The notes under the pieces are model-generated. The model ran no database searches. It saw nothing but the letters and a program-made list of their open reading frames with translations, and was not told the DNA's origin. Positions 54,112 to 62,578 of a stretch of DNA of 64,000 nucleotides are shown in pieces. This stretch comes from a bacterium (GTDB lineage Bacteria; Electryoneota; Electryoneia; Electryoneales; Electryoneaceae). The stretch covers positions 736,001-800,000 of the forward strand of contig CAXXKJ010000002.1 of assembly GCA_963675295.2 (NCBI GenBank), in the 5' to 3' direction. The position numbers were made by a program, and so were the translations under genes. The number at the start of each line of letters is the position of its first letter. Within the stretch, counting starts at the first letter, position 1.

Positions 54112-55674
54112 TCATTCGGTTTGGGCGGCGATGACTGGTCCGTCAAACGGCGCGGCGACGACACCGCGAGTGCGAGTCGGATCGAGGTTGACCTCAGTTC
54201 CGCCGGTGACGGTCAAGGTGAAATAGTCCTGGACGACATGCTGCGGATTGCCGGGTTCATATGTGCCGGCACGGAGGATGTAGTTGTATTCTCCACTCGC
54301 CGCGTCCGCCGGGATGTTCTGCCGCAAGTCGGCTTCATAGACGCCGTTCGCGGGGACAGTGATGTTTTCCCACACACGCAACGGTTCGGAAGGGTAGCCG
54401 TCCGGTCCACGCACGATCACCCAGATGTCAGTAGTGATGTCCGCGTCCGTGTTGTTGGTCAATGTGCCATGCCAGAAGAACCGGCCGGGAGCGGGAACGG
54501 CGGACACGTCGGCATAAGCATCAACCGCGATCTCGAAGTCGGTGGGATCAGGTTGCAGACGTGCGAGAAAGTCACAATCGGAACCTTCATAGTTGGTCAG
54601 ATCACCGAACAGGGAAATGTGGCCATCACTGTGAATGATCACGTCATAATCCAGAATCTCATCATAATCGAAACCGCTTACTGAATAGTCATCCTGCCAG
54701 AGTTGCGTGTAGGTGGCATCATAACGCGTCAGGATGATTGCTGAGCGTTGTGGATATTCCCGATATTGCGTGCAAGTCGCAAGGTATCCACCATCAGGCA
54801 TAGCCCAGATTTTGTGATTGATTGCGTTGTCAACATCGGGAGCTTCCATCGTGCGTAACAGATCGCCATCTGGTGTGATTTCTATTGCATAATAATAATC
54901 TACATAAGGATTAAAAGCGAAATAACCAGCCATGAATAGATTACCGTCTGAATTAAATAAAATAGAATGTGCAGAGATAGGCGTATCATAACACTGATAA
55001 TTAAAAACACCTATCTCTATACCATCGGAATTTATCTTCTTAATACTTAAATGCCTTTCAGGGATTGAATACACTCCCACGGGAGCGAATATATATCCCG
55101 ATACGTTTGAACCAACAACCGTGATAGCATTGATGAAGTCTGGAGATGAATAATCATTAATCCACTGTAAATGTCCATTTTCATCGTATTTTCGTACAAA
55201 GGATGATATTGGAATGGGAAAATGATCTAAATAACCTCCTGATATATATCCGCCATGAGAATAGTGATTAACGTCAAAGGTGCCCCCCAATACTCTGTCA
55301 GATACCCATTCTAATCCGTTATCATAGGATAATAAACAAAAGGAACTTGAATCATTGACTTCACCAACCCTAGTAGTTATTTCTCCTGTATCAACTTGTA
55401 CAAGATATTGAGCAGATGCTGGATTTGGAACTAGATTTGATTCTAGAAACGCCCCCCCTGGTCCAACTTCACTAATAATCCGGTTGTAAGTGGAATTCCC
55501 ATAGGTGAGAAGGTAATGCCCGTTTTCCAATTCAATGCAATCCCAGATCGCTCCCCCATTTACTCCAAATAGCTGTTCCCATTCCAGAGTAATTTGCGCA
55601 TTAACAGGAGACAACGTGCCAAGAATTAGCGGGATAACAAATAGGCCAGATCGCAGCCAGATCAATGTTTTCAT
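54112..55674 (-). CDS. Secreted propeller-repeat protein + Ig-like domain, lacking a PNPFN tail
   Basis: Signal peptide MKTLIWLR..VNAQ; KYDENGHLQW, KINSDG and EITPDG repeats; Ig-like domain with TDIWV..GPDG and SGEY. AT-rich 5' two thirds. Confidence 0.8.
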   Translation of the reverse strand: MKTLIWLRSGLFVIPLILGTLSPVNAQITLEWEQLFGVNGGAIWDCIELENGHYLLTYGNSTYNRIISEVGPGGAFLESNLVPNPASAQYLVQVDTGEITTRVGEVNDSSSFCLLSYDNGLEWVSDRVLGGTFDVNHYSHGGYISGGYLDHFPIPISSFVRKYDENGHLQWINDYSSPDFINAITVVGSNVSGYIFAPVGVYSIPERHLSIKKINSDGIEIGVFNYQCYDTPISAHSILFNSDGNLFMAGYFAFNPYVDYYYAIEITPDGDLLRTMEAPDVDNAINHKIWAMPDGGYLATCTQYREYPQRSAIILTRYDATYTQLWQDDYSVSGFDYDEILDYDVIIHSDGHISLFGDLTNYEGSDCDFLARLQPDPTDFEIAVDAYADVSAVPAPGRFFWHGTLTNNTDADITTDIWVIVRGPDGYPSEPLRVWENITVPANGVYEADLRQNIPADAASGEYNYILRAGTYEPGNPQHVVQDYFTLTVTGGTEVNLDPTRTRGVVAAPFDGPVIAAQTE

Positions 55675-55844
55675 TGTCAACCTCACAAATCGTGCGGCGC
55701 TCGCGGAGCGTAAATGTAATGTTTCAGCATGCCCAACCCGGCAACCCCTGTAGCCGGCGCAAATCACCAGCTGAGTTGGCACATACACCAAAGTTAAAAT
55801 AGGTTGATATCGAGACCGCGCAAAGCGGTTACCAGATTCAGCAC

Positions 55845-55871
55845 AAAAAACGGGGAGCACAAAGCTCCCCG
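55845..55871 (-). terminator. Intrinsic terminator after purH
   Basis: Minus strand: CGGGGAGC-TTTGT-GCTCCCCG followed by TTTTTT. Confidence 0.88.
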
Positions 55872-55913
55872 AAATGGTCGACAGATAAAATGGTACTACA
55901 GGCTATCACTTCC

Positions 55914-57515
55914 TTATGCATGCCGGAAGTGTCGTCGGCCGGTGAAGATCATCGCGATGCCGCGTTCGTTGGCGGCGTCGATGACTTCCTGGTCACGGAC
56001 GGATCCGCCGGGCTGGATGATGGTTGTCGCGCCGGCGTCCGCAGCGGCGAGCAGGCCGTCCGGGAACGGGAAGAACGCGTCGGACGCAAGCACGCTGTCG
56101 CTGAGCTCAAGGCCGGTCTGTTGTGCTTTCCAGTGGGCGAGGTGGACAGCGTCCACACGGCTCATCTGGCCCGCGCCCATGCCGAGAGTCGCGCCGTGAC
56201 GCACGAAGCAGACAGCGTTCGACTTGACGTACTTGCAGACGATCCAGCCGAACTTGAGGTCGGCGAATTCCTGGTCGCTGGGCTGCCGTTCGGTGACCAC
56301 TTTCCAGCCGTCCAGTTCCGGGAAGCCGGCGTCCCGATCCTGCACAAGCAGTCCACCGGCGACGCGGCGGAAGTCATGCCCGAACGGCTGCGCGGCGGCG
56401 GCCGGAGCGACCAGCAGACGCAGGTTCTTCTTTTTCTTGAGTAGTGCGAGCGCGTCGTCATCGTAGCCCGGCGCGACGATCACCTCGGTGAACGCCTTGT
56501 TGATCTGCTGCGCAGTAGCGAGATCGCAGGTGCGGTTCATGCCGACGATTCCGCCGAACGCGCTGAGCGGATCGCACGCCCGCGCTTTGGCTTCGGCTTC
56601 GGCGAGGTTGTCGCCGACACCGACGCCGGACGGTGTCGTGTGCTTCAGGATCGCGACGGCAGGCTGGTCGAACTCGAACGGCATCAACAGCGCGATGTCG
56701 GCGTCAATCAGGTTGTTGAACGACAGCTCCTTGCCATGCAACTGCTCGCACGCCGCGACGCCACGCTCTTCCTCGCCTTCCATCCGGTAGAATGCCGCCG
56801 CCTGGTGCGGGTTCTCGCCGTAGCGCATCGTCTGCTGCAGGTTGAAGTTGAGCTGCATTTTGGCGGGCCACGTGGACTCGCCGTCAGCGGGAGCGTCCAG
56901 GTTCTTCTCGGTTTCGCCGATGTACTTCGTCATGAACCAGTCGGAGATGTGGCGGTCGTAGCGGGCGGTCATTTCGAACGCGTCCGCCGCGAACTGCCGC
57001 CTGGTAGCATCCTGCAGACCGCCGGATTCGCTGAGCTGGGCGATGACGGTGTCGTACTGATCGACGGAGGTTACGACGCCGACGAACTTGTGGTTCTTCG
57101 CCGCGGCACGGATCATCCCGGGACCGCCGATATCGATCTGTTCGATGATCTGTTCGGGGGATTTGGATGCGTCGGCGGCGGTTTTCTCGAACTCGTAGAG
57201 GTTGATCACGACGAGGTCGATCGGGTGGATCGCCTGCTGCTTCGCTTCGTCGAGGTCTTCGGCGTTGTCGCGGCGCATCAGGATGCCGCCGTGGACTTTC
57301 GGATGCAGCGTCTTGAACCGGCCGCCGAACACTTCCGGGTAGCCGGTCAGCGCGGACACGTCCATGACCTCGTAGCCGGCGTCACGGATCGCTTTCGCGG
57401 TTCCGCCGGTGGAGATGATCTGGATGTTCTTTTCGGTCAGGGCTTTGGCGAGGTCGCCGAGCCGGGCTTTATCGGTGACGCTGATCAGCGCACGTTTGAT
57501 CGGGATGACGGACAT
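55914..57515 (-). CDS. purH: Bifunctional AICAR transformylase / IMP cyclohydrolase
   Basis: [65 protein letters not shown] and RHFRH motifs. Confidence 0.98.
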   Translation of the reverse strand: MSVIPIKRALISVTDKARLGDLAKALTEKNIQIISTGGTAKAIRDAGYEVMDVSALTGYPEVFGGRFKTLHPKVHGGILMRRDNAEDLDEAKQQAIHPIDLVVINLYEFEKTAADASKSPEQIIEQIDIGGPGMIRAAAKNHKFVGVVTSVDQYDTVIAQLSESGGLQDATRRQFAADAFEMTARYDRHISDWFMTKYIGETEKNLDAPADGESTWPAKMQLNFNLQQTMRYGENPHQAAAFYRMEGEEERGVAACEQLHGKELSFNNLIDADIALLMPFEFDQPAVAILKHTTPSGVGVGDNLAEAEAKARACDPLSAFGGIVGMNRTCDLATAQQINKAFTEVIVAPGYDDDALALLKKKKNLRLLVAPAAAAQPFGHDFRRVAGGLLVQDRDAGFPELDGWKVVTERQPSDQEFADLKFGWIVCKYVKSNAVCFVRHGATLGMGAGQMSRVDAVHLAHWKAQQTGLELSDSVLASDAFFPFPDGLLAAADAGATTIIQPGGSVRDQEVIDAANERGIAMIFTGRRHFRHA

Positions 57516-57562
57516 GGTCGGGTTCTCCGGATGCGATGCGGGTGAGGGTTTCCGTTGGCGGG

Positions 57563-57591
57563 AGGATACACGTGTGGAACCCCCCTCGCAA
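57563..57591 (-). promoter_or_regulatory. Putative sigma70 promoter of purH
   Basis: TTGCGA (57591-57586), 17 nt, TATCCT (57568-57563). Confidence 0.55.
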
Positions 57592-57647
57592 GCGTGGGAG
57601 GTGGAGTCCGGAGAGGGGAGAGGGCGAGAGACGGAAACCGACCGGCG

Positions 57648-58121
57648 TCAACGGCTCAGCACATGCCAGCATTCGCTGTCACCGCGCGGGATGCAGCGTT
57701 CAATCTCATAGCGCAGGGTCGGGTTGAGGCCGTGGACGAGGGCCTCCTCCATCGTGGTGTGTGCGGCGCAGATTTCGGGACGGGTGAACGGGTACGGGCA
57801 GCGTGGCACGGCGATGATGACGCGGTCGTCATTCCACTCTGTGACCTCGCCCTCGGCACGGACGCCGTTGAACACACGCAAGAGGAATTTGCCGGTTTCG
57901 TGCAGGCTGAGTTCGTCCTGCCGTTCACGCACTCGCGCGGCGATCTCGCTGCCGTAGTCGCGGCTGATTTCCTCGATTAACGCGAGGCCGTCCTCGCCGA
58001 ACCGATCCTCGATGGCTTCGTACAATTTCCTGATGCGGGTCAGCAGCCCGCGCACGGTGGAGTGGTATTGCTTTTCGACGGGGAGGTCGGTGAACTCAAG
58101 GTCCGGCGGCAGCTTGATCAT
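57648..58121 (-). CDS. V4R / L-2-amino-thiazoline-4-carboxylate hydrolase-like small Cys protein
   Basis: DRFGEDG helix region; RCPY, IC, CIPRGDSEC cysteine pattern. Start ATG 58121 behind AGGA. Confidence 0.65.
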   Translation of the reverse strand: MIKLPPDLEFTDLPVEKQYHSTVRGLLTRIRKLYEAIEDRFGEDGLALIEEISRDYGSEIAARVRERQDELSLHETGKFLLRVFNGVRAEGEVTEWNDDRVIIAVPRCPYPFTRPEICAAHTTMEEALVHGLNPTLRYEIERCIPRGDSECWHVLSR

Positions 58122-58230
58122 CGCGTGTTCCTGCGCAGAGGTGTCCGGGGGCTGGGTGATGGGGGACGCGTGAATATACGGAGCGGAGTTCCCCTCTGCG
58201 CACGAACGGGGCTGTGTCAAGCCGTTGCCG

Positions 58231-60573
58231 CTATTTCAACAGGACCAGTTTGCGATTCTGCGTCTGCTCACCGGTGGAGAGCCGGAGATAGTAGGTGCCG
58301 GACGCCAGCGTGGCGGCGTCGAACACGGCTTCGCGGCTGCCGGGCGCACGCAGGCCTTCTGCCAACGTCGCGACGTGACGGCCGAGCACGTCGAACACGT
58401 CAAGCTTGACCGGCTGCGGTGTGTTCAGCGAATAGCGGACCGTTGTCGACGCGTTGAACGGATTCGGGTAGGCGTCCAGCGTGACAAATGTCGCGGGGTG
58501 CAGTACCCACGGATCGTGGACGGACTGTTCCGTGAAGTCGAGGTAGCCCAATCCGACTCCAGTGTCTATCCACAATCGTTGACGATAATTGTCATATTCA
58601 ATGTATAGTACAGACTGTCCTTGGTTTGCCCACGACAATTCTAAATCCTGTTCTTGCCACGACCAACCATAATCATAAGAAATATAAAGAGTTTTACGTA
58701 CTGAGGAACCGGCAACTATCATGTTAAGGCTATCATTAACGACTATATCCCATTTGAGATCTGTAGCATCCCATAAATCATCACTGATTATACCACGTTC
58801 TTGCCATTCGCTATTTAATGGCTTTGCATACAATGATGACAGGCCTCTTACATATATTGTATCTTGTGAAAGTAATGGTCTAGTCAAATGACCTAATAAG
58901 TATGCAGGATCAGGAAAATTTAAGTATGTCCAAGAATTCATATGATCATTAGACATTATTATATCTCCAGCATTTAAGTTAATACCGTAGAACATGTCTG
59001 ATTTGTATTGCATTTCTTTAAAAGTAAAATCCAACAAATTTGTACTCCATGTATTACCATAGTCGTTTGATATTTAAACCTCTTGATCTAATTCTTGGCT
59101 ACCAATCAGTATATTGTTAGTGTTTTCATTTATCAAATAAAAATGAGTTGGGCTTTCATAAATATTAAATATGCTATTTTGCGATGAATTCCAAGTTTGA
59201 CCGTTATTGAAACTAGTGAATAAGGTTAACTCATCTTGATATGAATCTATACCATGCATAATTTGAGCATAAATCATAATATCATTATTTATTACGATTG
59301 GTGTACATTGGTAATAACCATTTTGATTGATTGAAGGAACTATTTCATTAAATATAGTAGAATTATAAATAGAATATCGCAGTGAACCATCAATACCCGC
59401 TTGAAACACTCCGTATTCATCCGTAAGGATACCGTGCCACCAGTAACTTTCAACGCCACATGGCGGTTGAGGAACAGGATTCCAAGATTCACCACCATCG
59501 TCTGAACGATAGATACCGCCTCCAAAGAATACTACAAATAATAAATCGCTATATTGATTTCTATAGATTTCTGCACCTCTTTGGGCGTTGATAGGTAATC
59601 CACTGTACATTCTAGTCCATGTATTACCATAATCATCTGACATCCACAAGCCCGTGTTCGAATAAAAAGAAGCCAACAAACGACCTGGATATTCAGGTAC
59701 AGAGCAAAAACTAATTGGGTTACCAGGTGGAAAATCATTAGTAGTAATCCAATCCCAACTAACGCCATTGTCGAATGAGATAATAAAAGGAGAGTGGTTT
59801 ACGGAAGGGTCCTAAGAACACAAAGCTATTAGAGTATTATTATTTAACCGTTCCATGGCTATTATAAAACCTGTGTCTTCTGTCAATTCCTCCATATCCG
59901 TAATTCTTAACCAAGTTAAACCAGCATCATAACTAGCGATAATCCCGCCAACATCCGGTCCTGTATTTCCTTGATCCGGTCCCCAACTGCCAAAGACATA
60001 AAGGGTATTGCTGTTATCAGGATCAATATACATTCCTTCTACACCTCTTGTGATAGGATCAATGTCAACGACTTGCCAGATACCAGGATAATTACTATAA
60101 GCAAATCCAGAATCACGTGCATTATAGACGCGATCAGCAGGCGTGAGAGGAAATGTTATGTGATCATTACGTACATTATCGAGTGAATCGGGCCAGTAAG
60201 GATCCAAGTCAAAACGGGACCAAGTAGAGCCACCATCATAACTATGAAATTCTGTCCCATTATAATCAGGAGAAATTGTGTATATATCAACAACTAGTGT
60301 ATCTGCACTAGGGCCAAAAACTTGAGGTGTGTAATTAAGTGGAAATACTACTTCAGAATTACATATGCGTTCGTTTATCGGTATCCAAGTATATCCTCCG
60401 TTCTCAGTAAGCCATATGCCGCCAGATTTTAAACTGAGAAAAATTCGATCTCCTGATGCGTCTGATGCTATACCAATAGGCGAGCACTCGCCCACGGTAA
60501 CGTATCCCCAATCAGCTTGAGATAGACTAGCGAGGAGAAGTGTAAACATTATTATGTGTGATATCTTAGCCAC
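58231..60573 (-). pseudogene. Asp-box (BNR) beta-propeller secreted protein with T9SS-like CTD, interrupted by two in-frame stops
   Basis: Three track ORFs share one frame. TAG at 59812-59814 is followed by DPSVNHSPFIISFDNGVSW; TAA at 59074-59076 is followed by ISNDYGNTW. S.D.G.TW repeats run throughout; YPNPFNAST..LASGTYYL tail. Confidence 0.85.
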
Positions 60574-60588
60574 AAGAACTCCGGTAAA

Positions 60589-60621
60589 GAATCAACGGCG
60601 GATATTATCCGCCGTTGATTC
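60589..60621. other. Perfect 15-bp inverted repeat between the small secreted gene and the Asp-box gene
   Basis: GAATCAACGGCGGAT-ATT-ATCCGCCGTTGATTC. Confidence 0.8.
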
Positions 60622-60631
60622 ATATCTTCTC

Positions 60632-61048
60632 TTAATCTTCTTCGATATCAATTCGATGGTAGGCATCACACCAGCCACCATTAGGGAATTGGTTCCATAT
60701 TAGACCAAACCAGGCATCGGGTGCTGACGATTCCTCAATGTTATTCAGATAGCTGTGCCCACCCATAGTCGTAAGAGTATGAGAGTGATAGTTAGATATT
60801 TCGTATTCAGCCGTTAGGGAAACTGTACCCACCCCAACACAGTATAAATGTGAATCAACAAGAAGATCTCTGAAGCCGAATCTGGGTATGGGTTCTGGTG
60901 GCGGATCGTCCATTCCCGGAGTATAGTAAGACGCAATCTGATCCCACCAGGGTAGGGCGTGATCTTCAATTACTTCAGCAGTACATACTGAGTTCAAAAT
61001 GACAAGCATAATGCTTATCAATGTAACTGCAAGCAAAGAACGGCTCAT
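60632..61048 (-). CDS. Small secreted hypothetical protein (138 aa), AT-rich
   Basis: AGGAG SD; signal peptide MSRSLLAVTLISIMLVILNSVCTA. No family recognised. Confidence 0.65.
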   Translation of the reverse strand: MSRSLLAVTLISIMLVILNSVCTAEVIEDHALPWWDQIASYYTPGMDDPPPEPIPRFGFRDLLVDSHLYCVGVGTVSLTAEYEISNYHSHTLTTMGGHSYLNNIEESSAPDAWFGLIWNQFPNGGWCDAYHRIDIEED

Positions 61049-61279
61049 GGTTCTTCTCCTTCGTTGTTCAATTGATGTGACTGTCATACCAGGCCTGGCG
61101 CTCATAACATACCCCCCCCCCTGAATCTTAACACAAGGGGGCACAACAATAAACCTTTCTTTCTATTGTTTGGAGTGGCTTACACGTAATACGCGAAATA
61201 CCACCCGCGCCATCATTATCGAGCGCGCTGTTTTACATTAAATGTCTACTTTACTATCGTTCTTCTATCGCATCCCATT

Positions 61280-62383
61280 TCAAAGCGACAGTTTTCCAAC
61301 CGCATGTTCCACCACCTCCACCCCCTGCGTCCAGCAGAAACGGACATGGGTTGGCGGCAGATCGAAATATCGGCCGGGTGTGGCGAGGATGTTGTGTTCG
61401 TTTAGCAGCCAGTCGTGCAGGGAATCTCCGCGCAGTAGATCCGGATCGACGCACCTAAGGATCGTGAAGCCGGAACCCGGATGGATGGTGGCGTCGAAAC
61501 GGTCGTCGTTCGTCAGCCAATTCGCGACCAATTTACGGCCCTCGGTGATCTGGGCGAGGGACTCGTCACGGAGTTCCGCCATCAGGGTCTCGTCCGCGAT
61601 CAGGCGCGCGGAGATGCTGTCGATGGGCGACGGTCCGACCGCGCCGATGGCGTCGAACGCGCGGCTGATATGGTGGATCAGGCGTTCGTCCGCGATCACC
61701 CACCCCGCGCGCAGACGGCTGAGCCCCCAGACTTTGGTCAACGAGCTGGTCGCGACCAGGTTCGGGCGTTTCGTCGCAACTGTCTGGCCCACTTCGTTCT
61801 CGCCCCATTCACGGTAGACTTCGTCCACGAGCACGATGGTATCCTCGCCAACGAGATCCGCGAGCCGGATCAGGTCGTCGTCGCTGGTCCACGCCGCGCC
61901 CGGGTTGTACGGGTTGGTGAGGATGATCAGGCGGGCGTCCTCACTGCGTGCGAGTTGCGCCAGGTCGTCGATGTCGATCCGCCAGTTGTCGGCTTCCGGA
62001 CGTTCGAAGCGGACGATCCGTGCGCCGAGAGCGTTCGCCGCGGCCGGAATCGGATCGTAGACCGGGTGCTCGATCAGCACCGTGTCGCCACGGTTGATGA
62101 GCCCGGCAATCGCGACGAAATTCGCCATTGACGCGCCGTTTGCGTTGTACACGTTCGCCGGCAACACGCCGTACCGGAACGCGATCGCCGCCTTGAGTTC
62201 GGGATGACCGTAGGCGTCCCCGGATCCCGTCAGCGACAGGTCGGAGGGCATCTCGCCGAACAGGTCACGGTAGGTCTTGCGCAGTTCGTAGATGCCGGAG
62301 GTGGAACAGTTCAGCAGGCCTGGTTTGGTCCACGGCGCGCCGGTTTTCGCCCATTGCATGTACTCGACGTTCGGGAGTGGCAT
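61280..62383 (-). CDS. PLP-dependent aminotransferase class I/II
   Basis: YGHPELKAAIA, LIEHPVY, TNPYNPG, VLVDEVY and SSLTKVWGLSRLRAGW (PLP lysine) motifs. Start ATG 62383 inferred. Confidence 0.9.
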   Translation of the reverse strand: MPLPNVEYMQWAKTGAPWTKPGLLNCSTSGIYELRKTYRDLFGEMPSDLSLTGSGDAYGHPELKAAIAFRYGVLPANVYNANGASMANFVAIAGLINRGDTVLIEHPVYDPIPAAANALGARIVRFERPEADNWRIDIDDLAQLARSEDARLIILTNPYNPGAAWTSDDDLIRLADLVGEDTIVLVDEVYREWGENEVGQTVATKRPNLVATSSLTKVWGLSRLRAGWVIADERLIHHISRAFDAIGAVGPSPIDSISARLIADETLMAELRDESLAQITEGRKLVANWLTNDDRFDATIHPGSGFTILRCVDPDLLRGDSLHDWLLNEHNILATPGRYFDLPPTHVRFCWTQGVEVVEHAVGKLSL

Positions 62384-62578
62384 GAAGGCTTCACGGTTGG
62401 GTTGACGGGATGGGGGAAGGTACGAAAATGCGGGGCGGGCGTGTCTAAATTCGAGCTCGGGTTGGTGGGCAGAACGATCCGGGACTGAGCAGAAAACCCG
62501 CGTCGGCGGAGCAAACACGGGCAAGACATTTTGGATCATCCACGACGTGAATGTCGTCGGCATCTCACATACCACCAC

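Noticed and set aside
53633-54115. 160-aa ORF as a frameshifted continuation (missing CTD) of 54112..55674
   Set aside because: It starts in the palindromic element, contains no PNPFN or SGxY motif, and overlaps the AraC relic on the opposite strand.
57516-57647. ZMP/ZTP riboswitch upstream of purH
   Set aside because: The conserved GACTGGCG and CGCCTGGG elements are absent, and the predicted promoter leaves only about 40 nt of leader.
58231-60573. Genome-wide stop-codon reassignment explaining the in-frame TAG and TAA
   Set aside because: TAA, TAG and TGA all end well-defined genes here (TBDR TAA, arsR and trmB-like TAG, icd TGA), and two different stop codons are involved.
60589-60621. 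Integron attC site
   Set aside because: It is too short, is a perfect palindrome without extrahelical bases, lacks a proper RYYYAAC/GTTRRRY pair, and no integrase is present.
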